A DNA stretch of 64,000 bases from Methanotrichaceae archaeon. Lineage in GTDB: Archaea > Halobacteriota > Methanosarcinia > Methanotrichales > Methanotrichaceae. Below are positions 1 through 9,350 of this stretch, piece by piece. The notes below the pieces were generated by a model. It saw only the letters and a program-made list of their open reading frames with translations. It was not told where the DNA came from and did not search any database. How positions within the stretch are numbered: position 1 is the stretch's first letter; each line of letters opens with the position of its first letter. Made by a program: the position numbers and the translations under genes. Location of the stretch: positions 128,001 through 192,000 of the forward strand of contig CAVVKN010000010.1 of NCBI GenBank assembly GCA_963748825.1. The letters are read 5' to 3'.

Positions 1-811
1 CATAAACAAAACCGTCAACAGCACAATTCCCAGTTCAGTTGCAAGCGTCAGTGGGGTGTATGCGACGCCCGGCAGCAGGGCCGATCTATTCCAGTCACCT
101 GGGATGCTCAAGTCCCTGGACGCCATCTCAAAGAAGGATGTGGTGCTGGATGTATCCAGCCGCCGATCCCCCGGCGAGGCTCACATCAGAGGCGGCGTTC
201 ATATTCCTGCGAAGAGCTTTTTTTATGAAAATGGAACGCTGCGCAGTGTTTCGGAGCTGGCCGCGATTCTAGGCAAAGCGGGAATCTCCAGCGAAGATGC
301 CGTGATGGTCTACAGCGATTCTTTTAGCTCGGGAGAGGCAACGGCTGTCCTCTGCATGCTGCGCTACCTGGGTCAGGAGGACGCGAGAGCCTTGGATGGC
401 GGACTGGACAACTGGATCGCGGCCAGCCTTCCTTTGGAGACGAAGGAGAACGTGCGCTCCCCTGTCAGCTACGCTGCGCGTCCTCGAGCGGATCTTTTGG
501 CAGATTATGATTTTGTCAAGTCCGGCCAGGCTCAGATGGTGGATGCCAGGAGCTTTCAGGAGTATGGCAAGGCCAGAATAGGTAATGCCACCTTTATCAG
601 CCCCGAAAATTTGCTGGAAGAGGGCAGGCTGAAGCCGGGGGCGGGGCTAAAGGATACCTTCGCCAGATTGAACGCCAGCAGGACGGTGGTGGTTTACTCG
701 GACGATATTTATGGGGCTTCTGTGGTGTGGTTTGCTCTGCAGCTCATGGGATTCGATGCCAGGATTTATAGGTGGCAAGACTGGCAGGCCCATGAGGAGG
801 AAAAGGCCTAG
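1..811 (+). CDS. Sulfurtransferase / tandem rhodanese-domain protein (5' end lies outside the window)
   Basis: HIRGGVHIP, LDGGLDNW and VDARS rhodanese motifs; the frame is open back to the window start (codons from nt 2). Confidence 0.8.
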   Translation, partial: INKTVNSTIPSSVASVSGVYATPGSRADLFQSPGMLKSLDAISKKDVVLDVSSRRSPGEAHIRGGVHIPAKSFFYENGTLRSVSELAAILGKAGISSEDAVMVYSDSFSSGEATAVLCMLRYLGQEDARALDGGLDNWIAASLPLETKENVRSPVSYAARPRADLLADYDFVKSGQAQMVDARSFQEYGKARIGNATFISPENLLEEGRLKPGAGLKDTFARLNASRTVVVYSDDIYGASVVWFALQLMGFDARIYRWQDWQAHEEEKA

Positions 812-996
812 AGAGCCGGAGCCTGGCGGATGAGAGGCGCGCCATAATTTTCTTCTTTCTTTATTGCCAACATCGTATTTCCGCCGGATGCGGCTGGTTT
901 GGTTTTATCATGAAATAGATTCTAATAATTAGATTCTAATAGTATGAGTGCTACTACTACGATAAGTACGCAATTAGTATAGGAGGCAAAAAAGGC

Positions 997-1146
997 ATGT
1001 AAGCCAAAATTCTCAAAGGCTTCAAGTATGGCAGCGTGTCCGATCCGCAGAAAATGACCGCCGGAAATATCGTGGATATGAGCAGTTTTTCCGAATCAAA
1101 TATCAAAAAGTGGATAGAGCTCAAGTGGATCGAGGTAGTAGAGTAG
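997..1146 (+). pseudogene. Possible small (~49 aa) protein gene with TAA at codon 2
   Basis: AGGAGG at 981, then ATG-TAA-GCC..., reading M*AKILKGFKYGSVSDPQKMTAGNIVDMSSFSESNIKKWIELKWIEVVE*. Confidence 0.3.
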
Positions 1147-1210
1147 AACAGTCTGGCGGATTCATAGATTTGACCGAAATTAAAGGTGGCATCATTCAGA
1201 ATTGTCCTGG

Positions 1211-1300
1211 AAGATGTAGTGCTGGACATATCGAGTCGCCAATCCTCCGGCGAGGCTCATATCAGAAGCGACGAACACTTTCCAGCGAAGTGCTTTCTTT
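1211..1300 (+). pseudogene. Degenerate partial duplicate of the upstream rhodanese gene
   Basis: DVVLDISSRQSSGEAHIRSDEHFPAKCF versus DVVLDVSSRRSPGEAHIRGGVHIPAKSF at ~135-225. Confidence 0.75.
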
Positions 1301-1415
1301 ATTTTTTTTCTTTTGCCATCATCGCATTTTCGTCGGGTGCAAACACTGAATCTTTATTGATAAAAAAAGTTGCAGAGGGGGCCTATCTGGCCCCATAATG
1401 TCCAATTCCTTGTTT

Positions 1416-4400
1416 TCAGTGCACCCTCCTGCGATAGAGATAGCCTGCCAACGATATTCCTATAGTTGCGAAGAGCGCCTCGAATCCTGGAGCTTCTTTT
1501 TTAGGTTCTGCGGCAGATTTCGAAGCCGTGACCGGCATATTTCCAGTTCCAGACACTATGTTGATCTCATGTTCCGGGAGAACGAGCGTCCTGTTCATGC
1601 CCATTTCATCTGTGTAATTTACATAGGAATTCAGCCTAGGCTGGTTTACGTCCGCTGGCAGCTTCCAGCAGAATACCGCCTGGAAATCAGTGCTCCAGCA
1701 TCCGGAAAGATCTCCAATATCCCAGGTGATAGTAGTGGTGGTCCAGTCCTTGCTGTCTTCGTTAAGACGTACCCGCCCCTCATCATCTGTTGCCGTGCTG
1801 TTGAGCAGAGCCAGATAGTTGGGCAGAACATCAACCAGGTGCACGTTCTTAATCAACGATCCTGCCGTGGCCGTCTTGACGAGTGCTTCACCAAGCTCAG
1901 AGAGATCCTTGAGCGGAATGACATAACCCTTATGCTTTCTTGTCAGGTCATTGAGCATAACGGAGGCGTTTGTCTCTTTACTATCACCTACTACTATGGC
2001 GAATATGGAATATCCAGATAGATCCATATCTGCGAGATTTGGTCTTGCGTACCCGCTATCGTTGGCATCGGTGATGATAACGATCTTCTTTTCCTTTCCA
2101 CCAATGATTCCAGCTTCTCCAAAGGCCTGCACAGACTTGCTTAGCCCGATCTCGTATTTGGTGAAATTGCCTTCAGCGAACTTTATCTCAGAAGCTCTGG
2201 CCGCAACTTCAGTGTAGTTATCAATGAGAGGCACCTCTATGCCGCTGTTCTTTTCATCGCTCCATGAGACCAGGCCGATCCTTGTCACATGGTTCTTGTC
2301 ATTTGCGGCAATGTCTTCCGCAAGTTTATGGACTCCATCGACTGCCGACTCGCGCAGATTGCTGATGCTGGGCGAGTTGTCGACCGCAATCACAATATCG
2401 GTGGGAATGGCGGCAATTTCCCCAATGGAACGGGACGGGCAGATAGTGATATTATAATCGACAACATTGCCGTTCTCCCGGTCAATATTCTCGGTAGAGA
2501 GATCGCTAACTTCCTTAGTCACTTTGATATCACTATCGCTGCTGATAGGCGTCTTCTCCGTGCCTGTGATTCGATGGCAACGTAGGCAGTAGTAGTTGCC
2601 AAAGGACTGGTTTATGCTGGCTCCAATGCTTAAGCCGACCCTTCTGGTAATGGACGTGGTGTTCAGCCAGCCTTCAACCAGGTTTTCAGTTATGGTGTAG
2701 GCTCCTGGAGTCAGCCTTTCCAAAGCAGTGATTCCATCCGCGTTGGTGGGGCTTGCCGTAACTACACTGCCGTTGGGGCATCTGACCATGAAATTCCAGC
2801 CAGGCAGTCCGCTTTCGCCCGTATCGTATATTCCGTTTCTGTTTGTATCATTGAACTTGAAGATCTCAAGCCTGCTCGATTTGACATTGCCGAAAGGCGG
2901 CACAACAACATCTTCACCCGAGTTGAGATCTACAGAAACTGCCAGAGGCGTTGTGTTGATCCAGCCACTTTGCAGAACCTCAGTTATGATGTATCTTCCC
3001 GGCACCAGTCCTTTTGCAGTAGTCATGCCCTCAATATTGGTAGGATCTGTAGTGATTGTTCTGCCGTCCGGACCCTCGATATTGAAACTCCAGCCCGGCA
3101 AACCCTCTTCGTTACCATCTTGCTTGCGATTCAGATTTGTGTCGTTGAACTTCTTGAAGATGAGACTGTTGACACTATTGCCGAAGACTACTTCGTTTGG
3201 CAATTTGCTCGATATTTGAACCGGGTGAGGGTTCAGAGTGGTGCAAATCCATCCAGGCTTTGAATCCTTTGATATATCTTCAGTGACTATGTATTTGCCC
3301 GGGATAAGATCATTTACATAGGCAATTCCCTCGGCATTGGTTGTACCGACTTTATTGATGCCTTCCGGTCCTTCTACGATAAATTTCCAATCTGAAAGTC
3401 CACGTTCTATTGGAATGCCTCTTGCATCTAAGTCACGTCTGCCATTCCTGTTCAGATCCTCAAACTTGATAATTCGCATGCTTAGCAATTGTTCGTTGAC
3501 AAATCGAACCGTAGCTACCTCACCAGGCAGCAGTTTTACAGTCTGAACGATATCGGTTTTTGCTCTCCAACTCCCTGGTAGATTGCCTGGAAGTATCTCC
3601 TCAATTTCATATTCCCCCGGAAGCAGATTGCTAACCGTAATTACTCCGTTATCATCAGTAGGATCTGTTGGGTTATTTAGGTCCCGATCTGGCCCACTTA
3701 TCATGAAAGTCAATCCGTTAACCGGCTGTCCTTCAGAATCCATCTTGATGATCTTAATGGTTCCCGTCTTTGCATTCTTTGCCCGTACTGGGGGATTCTC
3801 GCCTGGTTTTATAGTCACCTTATTTGGCGTGATAGACATGAGTTTCCATCCGGGCTGTGCAATTTCTTCTATCCCATATTTTCCCACAGGCAATCCAATC
3901 CACGTTGCCTTTCCTGAACCATCTGTAGGTCCAATTGGGAAGGTACCTTGTCCTTCTTGTCCTTTAGCGATGAAAGACCAGCCGGACATTGTACGATTTT
4001 CAGAATCAACCTTAGTGATTGTTAACACATTAGGAATATTATTAATTACCTTTTCCACAGTTTTTCCCGAATCAATTTTTATCTCCTTCAAAGGGGCTAT
4101 ATAGACCCAACCCTCTTTTGGGACTTCTGTAAGGTCGTATGTTCCGGGACGGAGATCTGTAAAAATGGCCTTGCCGAATCTATCTGTAATTTGTGATTGG
4201 TTAACATTCTTTTCGGGAATCTCTTTCGGTCCTTCTGCCCAGAATGTCCATCCTGACAAGTCCTCTTTCCATCCATCCGTTTCTTTCTGTATCTTTAATA
4301 TTCCCGGTTTTTTAACTTTTATTTCGATAATATGCGTTTCATTTATTAATTTGGTTTCATCCTTTGCATTAGCTGTGATTTCCACATAGTCAGTTCCCTC

Positions 4401-4805
4401 ATTTTGTTCCTGACTCAGGTATAAAGAAATATCTGTATCATTTTCATAAAATTCTGTAGAATTTTTTGGAGGGATCCAGTATGTTCTATAAGGTCCTTTA
4501 TCTCCAGAAGCATATGTTTTCAGGGAAGCATTATTTATGAAGGCGTCTTGTCCAGATGAGTTTATCGTCCAAGATACAGTTACGCCCTCAATGGGCATAT
4601 AGAAGGACTGAGGCTGACCATTTAGGTCTGTGGTATTTACAGACCAAACCCAAGCATTCTTGTTTTCTTGTTGTGTCATCGCACTTGAGATAAAAACGCC
4701 TCCAACTATTGCTATAATTGCTATGATTCGCAATAGTGACATTAAGTTCAAATCTTTGAAAGTAGATCTTATGATACGATCAATCTCTATGATAATCCCT
4801 CCCAT
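1416..4805 (-). CDS. Cell-surface protein: SdrD-B/CnaB-like repeats + vWA domain + PGF-CTERM sorting signal
   Basis: N-terminal hydrophobic signal; repeats such as KFNDTNxN...GLPGWxF...T...G...L.PG.Y.I.E; MIDAS DNSPS; C-terminal PGF + TM + RRR. Confidence 0.85.
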   Translation of the reverse strand: MGGIIIEIDRIIRSTFKDLNLMSLLRIIAIIAIVGGVFISSAMTQQENKNAWVWSVNTTDLNGQPQSFYMPIEGVTVSWTINSSGQDAFINNASLKTYASGDKGPYRTYWIPPKNSTEFYENDTDISLYLSQEQNEGTDYVEITANAKDETKLINETHIIEIKVKKPGILKIQKETDGWKEDLSGWTFWAEGPKEIPEKNVNQSQITDRFGKAIFTDLRPGTYDLTEVPKEGWVYIAPLKEIKIDSGKTVEKVINNIPNVLTITKVDSENRTMSGWSFIAKGQEGQGTFPIGPTDGSGKATWIGLPVGKYGIEEIAQPGWKLMSITPNKVTIKPGENPPVRAKNAKTGTIKIIKMDSEGQPVNGLTFMISGPDRDLNNPTDPTDDNGVITVSNLLPGEYEIEEILPGNLPGSWRAKTDIVQTVKLLPGEVATVRFVNEQLLSMRIIKFEDLNRNGRRDLDARGIPIERGLSDWKFIVEGPEGINKVGTTNAEGIAYVNDLIPGKYIVTEDISKDSKPGWICTTLNPHPVQISSKLPNEVVFGNSVNSLIFKKFNDTNLNRKQDGNEEGLPGWSFNIEGPDGRTITTDPTNIEGMTTAKGLVPGRYIITEVLQSGWINTTPLAVSVDLNSGEDVVVPPFGNVKSSRLEIFKFNDTNRNGIYDTGESGLPGWNFMVRCPNGSVVTASPTNADGITALERLTPGAYTITENLVEGWLNTTSITRRVGLSIGASINQSFGNYYCLRCHRITGTEKTPISSDSDIKVTKEVSDLSTENIDRENGNVVDYNITICPSRSIGEIAAIPTDIVIAVDNSPSISNLRESAVDGVHKLAEDIAANDKNHVTRIGLVSWSDEKNSGIEVPLIDNYTEVAARASEIKFAEGNFTKYEIGLSKSVQAFGEAGIIGGKEKKIVIITDANDSGYARPNLADMDLSGYSIFAIVVGDSKETNASVMLNDLTRKHKGYVIPLKDLSELGEALVKTATAGSLIKNVHLVDVLPNYLALLNSTATDDEGRVRLNEDSKDWTTTTITWDIGDLSGCWSTDFQAVFCWKLPADVNQPRLNSYVNYTDEMGMNRTLVLPEHEINIVSGTGNMPVTASKSAAEPKKEAPGFEALFATIGISLAGYLYRRRVH

Positions 4806-4983
4806 CGTTGTAATAATAGCTTATTGCCGCTCATACGGTAAGATATAAAAGAGTTTCCGATAACCTATTTATTTATAAATATTTTAAATGAAAGCAGCAA
4901 AGTAATGGTTCATGATATTTGATCACAAGATAAATGACTTTCAAAAATTAAGATATTTTCAAACTCAGATGATAAAGATTAAA

Positions 4984-6342
4984 TCATTCTCCCTCATACC
5001 TCACCAGCCCGTCCCACCCCTCTCCATGAAACTTCGCGAAGATTCCCACGTCGCCCTTCCCGGCAGTCGCATTCCCTTCAAACAGATCCCCTCGCGACGC
5101 AAGATTTGTCCATTCGTCCCCGCACACCACAGAAACATTCTCGGCACCCAGAACCCTGATCCGGAACAAGTAGCTCGACCCGACCAACAGCCTGCCCTCC
5201 AGGGGGCTGAAGAGATAGGCCCCTGCTTCGCTGAACTTTCCGTAAACCATGGGAAAACCGGGGCTCTCTTTATCACCCGAGGAGGCATTGATCCTATATT
5301 CTAAAACGGAGTTGTACTCGCCCGGCTCGTCCTTCTGCTTGGCATACGCCTTCAGAATATAGCTTCCTGCGGCAGGAAACTGTGCATAAATATCATATCG
5401 CTCTCCATCTCTCTGGCAAAATGTGTAACCATCCAGTTTTGCCCTGGCTGTTGCCCCGCGGTCCGCATACTCCAGCCCCGCCATCATCAGCATATCCTCT
5501 GGGGCATAGATGGAGACATTGATCTGCTTATCCGCTATTATCGTCCCGTTCTTTTGGCCAAGCTTCAGGCCCAGGTTAAAAAAGTCCGATTCGAGATAGA
5601 CCAGATTCTCAAACTCCTGCTTGGAAACGGGCTCATCGACAAGTTGCCACTGAGTATCCAACGGGAAGTGGCCGTAGATAAACTGGGAGGGGGGCGTCAT
5701 AAAAAAGTGATCGTCGAATTTGCGCACGTATTTCTTATCCCCGCTCACGTACCCCGCCCCCCAGGTCGAGTCGATCAGATACCACGATCCATTTATCTTA
5801 AGGGCATTCCAGGCATGATTGGAGGGACCAGTGAAGTTCTTGCCAGGCATGTAGCCGTACCCCTTTCCGTAGCCTCTGATCCTTACGGTCTCTAGCCCGG
5901 CTTCATTGGCCAAGGAGAGGAAGATATCGGAATAGCCGTAGCAGACCGATTTTCTGCTTTTCAAGACATCCTCAGCATTCGTTGCCCCGGTGCCTCCCTT
6001 GAAAAAAACCTCAACATTGTAGTCGATGTTCTCTGTAATCCACCGGAATATCGCCCTGGCCTTCTCGCGATCATTTTCCGCCGGCTCGATCAAGTAGGCA
6101 GCCAGGCTTTGCACAGAAGCTTCGGCTGAGGGTGGCGCATTCAAAGCATGACGGTCAATTTTCTCATAACTATAATTCAGAGTGGCGTTAAAATCATTGG
6201 GAGCAAATGCTGCTAATCCTTTTTCAGCATCCTTCTCCAGGACACTTGGCGTTTCAGATGTGGCCATCACAGCAAGCGTCTGTAGCATTAGTATGATTAA
6301 AATAATTATTATTCTCATAGACATCTCCCCAGTAAGAATCAA
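4984..6342 (-). CDS. Secreted transglutaminase-like (KY/Cyk3-type) cysteine peptidase domain protein
   Basis: Catalytic triad motifs VCYGYS, HAWN and DSTWGAG; signal peptide. Confidence 0.85.
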   Translation of the reverse strand: MILTGEMSMRIIIILIILMLQTLAVMATSETPSVLEKDAEKGLAAFAPNDFNATLNYSYEKIDRHALNAPPSAEASVQSLAAYLIEPAENDREKARAIFRWITENIDYNVEVFFKGGTGATNAEDVLKSRKSVCYGYSDIFLSLANEAGLETVRIRGYGKGYGYMPGKNFTGPSNHAWNALKINGSWYLIDSTWGAGYVSGDKKYVRKFDDHFFMTPPSQFIYGHFPLDTQWQLVDEPVSKQEFENLVYLESDFFNLGLKLGQKNGTIIADKQINVSIYAPEDMLMMAGLEYADRGATARAKLDGYTFCQRDGERYDIYAQFPAAGSYILKAYAKQKDEPGEYNSVLEYRINASSGDKESPGFPMVYGKFSEAGAYLFSPLEGRLLVGSSYLFRIRVLGAENVSVVCGDEWTNLASRGDLFEGNATAGKGDVGIFAKFHGEGWDGLVRYEGE

Positions 6343-6368
6343 AACATAATTGTCCTTCTCTCATCGAA

Positions 6369-6415
6369 CCTTCGCGGCTTCGCGTGAACCGGCATCTTGC
6401 GCGAAGTCGCGAAGG
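6369..6415. repeat. Intergenic inverted repeat (16-bp arms, 15/16 complementary)
   Basis: CCTTCGCGGCTTCGCG ... CGCGAAGTCGCGAAGG. Confidence 0.7.
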
Positions 6416-6455
6416 GATCGATAAGCTAATGGGACGAGGAGCAATGACATCGGTT

Positions 6456-6965
6456 TCATTTCAGAATCGCCTGGGCTTCACGCGGGTGCAGAACCTTCGT
6501 CTTGAACTCTTTTGGGATGCGATAAGCCCTTAGAATTCGGTCTGTGGTTATGAAGTAATCCACATCGTAAGCCAGAGCATAGCCCATATGCACCAGGTCT
6601 GCTGGTTTGATTCTTGAATCTTTATAATCGCCATGGTTATACAAATTGTAACAGGTCGCGGCGACTGCTTCGTTGGGGTGAAGAAATGATATTCTCAGGG
6701 CGCTCCAGATATCGATAAGCTCGTGAAGCTCTTCCCGGTTATGCTTTCCCTCCCGGCCCTTCCACTCACCTTCAACGCAGATAATAACTACTTCACCAAG
6801 AACTGAAATCGGGACGCAGAGCGAGATATCAGGATGACCGCTCAAATGAAATAAGAATTTTTTGATGTCATAGGGATTGATATCCCGTTTGGTCAGATTT
6901 TCACTCTTTTGACTGATGGAGAAGAAGAAAATATCCGCGTCAATGGCTGCTCGCAGCATAGCCAT
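6456..6965 (-). CDS. PIN-domain protein (VapC-like)
   Basis: AAIDAD...VLGE...ADLVHMGYA...FITTD acidic PIN motifs. Confidence 0.75.
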   Translation of the reverse strand: MAMLRAAIDADIFFFSISQKSENLTKRDINPYDIKKFLFHLSGHPDISLCVPISVLGEVVIICVEGEWKGREGKHNREELHELIDIWSALRISFLHPNEAVAATCYNLYNHGDYKDSRIKPADLVHMGYALAYDVDYFITTDRILRAYRIPKEFKTKVLHPREAQAILK

Positions 6966-7168
6966 TACTCTTTTCCAAAGGCCTTTTTTATGCGAGCCAT
7001 CATCTGGTCATGCTCTTCTTTGGAGACTTTCCAGAGGATCTTGCCGTGGATGTCAGTGGCTCCGCCATAAGGCATCTGATTATCATTTAGATCGTAATAT
7101 TGCTCTTGTATCTCTTCGGGAATGAATGACTCCTCCTTTGGATAGATGCATGTTAGCACATCCGGCAA
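6965..7168 (-). CDS. Small hypothetical protein overlapping the PIN gene (candidate antitoxin)
   Basis: 67 aa; TTG start; stop overlaps the PIN start codon by 1 nt. Confidence 0.5.
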   Translation of the reverse strand: MPDVLTCIYPKEESFIPEEIQEQYYDLNDNQMPYGGATDIHGKILWKVSKEEHDQMMARIKKAFGKE

Positions 7169-7230
7169 AACAGAAACCTAAATGATCTGATTCATATTTA
7201 AATTGATCCATAGCTTGAATACAATGATTC

Positions 7231-7974
7231 TTACAGCACGATCTCCATCATGTCGTGGCCCAGCGGCCATTCCTTGAGAGCCATTTCGTGGGGAGGATAA
7301 AGGTGGCTTAAGTGCGTGAGCAGCAGCCGTTTCGCTCCCAGCCGCTCCCCCAAGGCCATGGCTTCGTCTGCCGTCATGTGCTTGCTGATGGTGTAGCCCG
7401 GCGGAGTAATGGCATCCGCCAGCATCAGATCGGCATCCCTCATCAGCTCCAGGCTCTCCTCGGCAATCTCCATCTTGGTGTCGCTGGTAATAACCACCAC
7501 TTTATTGCCGTCGTCAATGCGCACACCCACCGTCTCCGTGGGCGGGTGGTTGACGGGAAAAAGAGTGAACTGCATTCCGGCTATATCGAAGGGCTGATAG
7601 GCTATGGCGTCATGGCGCACAGGATTTAGGAAATAAAGATAGTTGAGTATGTAGTCCATGGTGTTCTTCAGAGCATAGACATCCACATGACTTTGCACCC
7701 GGTGAAAATCCCCAAAGCCGGCATAGTGATCGTAATGGGCATGCGTCCATATCACGCCATCCACACTGGATATGTCCTTCTTTAAAAGCTGCCAGCGCAG
7801 ATCGGGGCTGCTGTCCACCAAAACCCGGCCGTCATCCTCATCCGACTCTATGAGAATGGAAAACCTCATCCTGCGGCTTCTGCCCCCGCGAAGAGCATCC
7901 ATGCAGGCCGGACACTTGCAGCCGATCTTGGGTGTGCCGATGGCGTCGCCCGTGCCCAGGAGCGTGACCTTCAT
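7231..7974 (-). CDS. MBL-fold metallohydrolase (PhnP-like)
   Basis: LLGTG...P..GC.C..C; THAHYDH; THLSH. Confidence 0.9.
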   Translation of the reverse strand: MKVTLLGTGDAIGTPKIGCKCPACMDALRGGRSRRMRFSILIESDEDDGRVLVDSSPDLRWQLLKKDISSVDGVIWTHAHYDHYAGFGDFHRVQSHVDVYALKNTMDYILNYLYFLNPVRHDAIAYQPFDIAGMQFTLFPVNHPPTETVGVRIDDGNKVVVITSDTKMEIAEESLELMRDADLMLADAITPPGYTISKHMTADEAMALGERLGAKRLLLTHLSHLYPPHEMALKEWPLGHDMMEIVL

Positions 7975-7992
7975 GCGGTCCTCATGCGGACC

Positions 7993-9285
7993 TCATGCCG
8001 TAACGCTCCGCTTGTAATCAGAGATCCTGCGCCGGAACTCATCTACAGAGATATCCAGATCTTCCTGGTTTAGATGCCTGCGATCCTCCAGGAGTGCATT
8101 GAGCACTGCTTCCCTGATCACTAACCTCAGATCCGAGCCCGAGTAGCCCTCCGTCATCGCTGCGAGCTTGGCCGTATCTACGTCGGCATCAATGCGGGAC
8201 AGGACTTTGTCCAGGATCATGCGCCTCATATCCTGGTCCGGCAGGGGGAAGCTCAATACCTTGTCAAACCTCCTCCAGGCAGCATAATCCAGTAGCTGAG
8301 GGTGGTTGGTGGCCGCCAGGAGCAGAACGCCATGCTCCACCAGGCTGATCTCATCTATGGCTTTTAGGAGCGAGTTGACGGCCCTCTTCATGGCTCCGTG
8401 CTCATCCGAGGTCCTGGTCTTGGCCACGAAGTCAAACTCATCAATGAGCAGTATGCAGGGGGACAGCCTCTTGGCCAGCTCAAAGACCTTGTCTATGTTC
8501 TTAGAGGTCTCTCCCAAATACTGGCTGGTGATCATGGAGAGGCGGACCTCCACAATGGGAAGGGAAAACCAGCTGGAAAGAGCCCGGGCGGTAGAGGTCT
8601 TGCCGGTTCCCGGCGGGCCAACAAAAAGAAGCTTGCCTATCTCATAAAGGCCGATCTCTCGCAGATATTGCCGGTTTTTTAGAGCCTTGCCCATCTTTTC
8701 TATCTCAGACTTCTGATCCTCAGTTAAAATCAGGCCGGCTATGCTGTCCCTCACATCCTCAGGGGCCTTGATATAGGCCAGCTTGAGAAGATCTTCCGCT
8801 TCCTTAGAATCCTTGCAAAGCTCCTTTATTTTTGCGTCGATCCACTCCCGGTCGGCAGAGAGGGGCTTATTGGCTTTTCTGGCCTCAGCATAGCTCACAT
8901 CCAGAGAATCATAGTTCTCATAGAAGTAGGCCAATGTAGGATTTGATTTGATCCTGGCCAGGTCCTTTTGATTGGCGAACCACTTGGCCGCCACATCGAA
9001 TACGGTCAGCCGAAGCTGGGAGCCAAACTCCTCAAAAGCCACAAACGTAAGATCTTTTACGACCGCTTTGACATTCTCAATGCCATAAATCTTCTGTGCA
9101 TCGGCGCTGGTTACATAAATCGGCCTTTTGACGCTCTTGGTCTGCACATCGAAGTAATGCTTGCGAATATTGGGGGGCAGGTCGTCTTCAGTCAAATTTT
9201 CTTTGCGGTTATAAATATCTGCAGTCAGCAGCAGCTCTGCAACATCAATAGCACCAAACTTATCCAAGTCATTCTCTACGCCCAT
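7993..9285 (-). CDS. AAA+ ATPase
   Basis: Walker A GPPGTGKT, Walker B LLIDEFD, SRH ATNHP..LD.A.WRRFD. Confidence 0.9.
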   Translation of the reverse strand: MGVENDLDKFGAIDVAELLLTADIYNRKENLTEDDLPPNIRKHYFDVQTKSVKRPIYVTSADAQKIYGIENVKAVVKDLTFVAFEEFGSQLRLTVFDVAAKWFANQKDLARIKSNPTLAYFYENYDSLDVSYAEARKANKPLSADREWIDAKIKELCKDSKEAEDLLKLAYIKAPEDVRDSIAGLILTEDQKSEIEKMGKALKNRQYLREIGLYEIGKLLFVGPPGTGKTSTARALSSWFSLPIVEVRLSMITSQYLGETSKNIDKVFELAKRLSPCILLIDEFDFVAKTRTSDEHGAMKRAVNSLLKAIDEISLVEHGVLLLAATNHPQLLDYAAWRRFDKVLSFPLPDQDMRRMILDKVLSRIDADVDTAKLAAMTEGYSGSDLRLVIREAVLNALLEDRRHLNQEDLDISVDEFRRRISDYKRSVTA

Positions 9286-9350
9286 CTTTAAAGCTCCATG
9301 GAACTGAACTAAACTAGTGGCCTATAAAAAGAGATAAAGCTTTCCATTCG

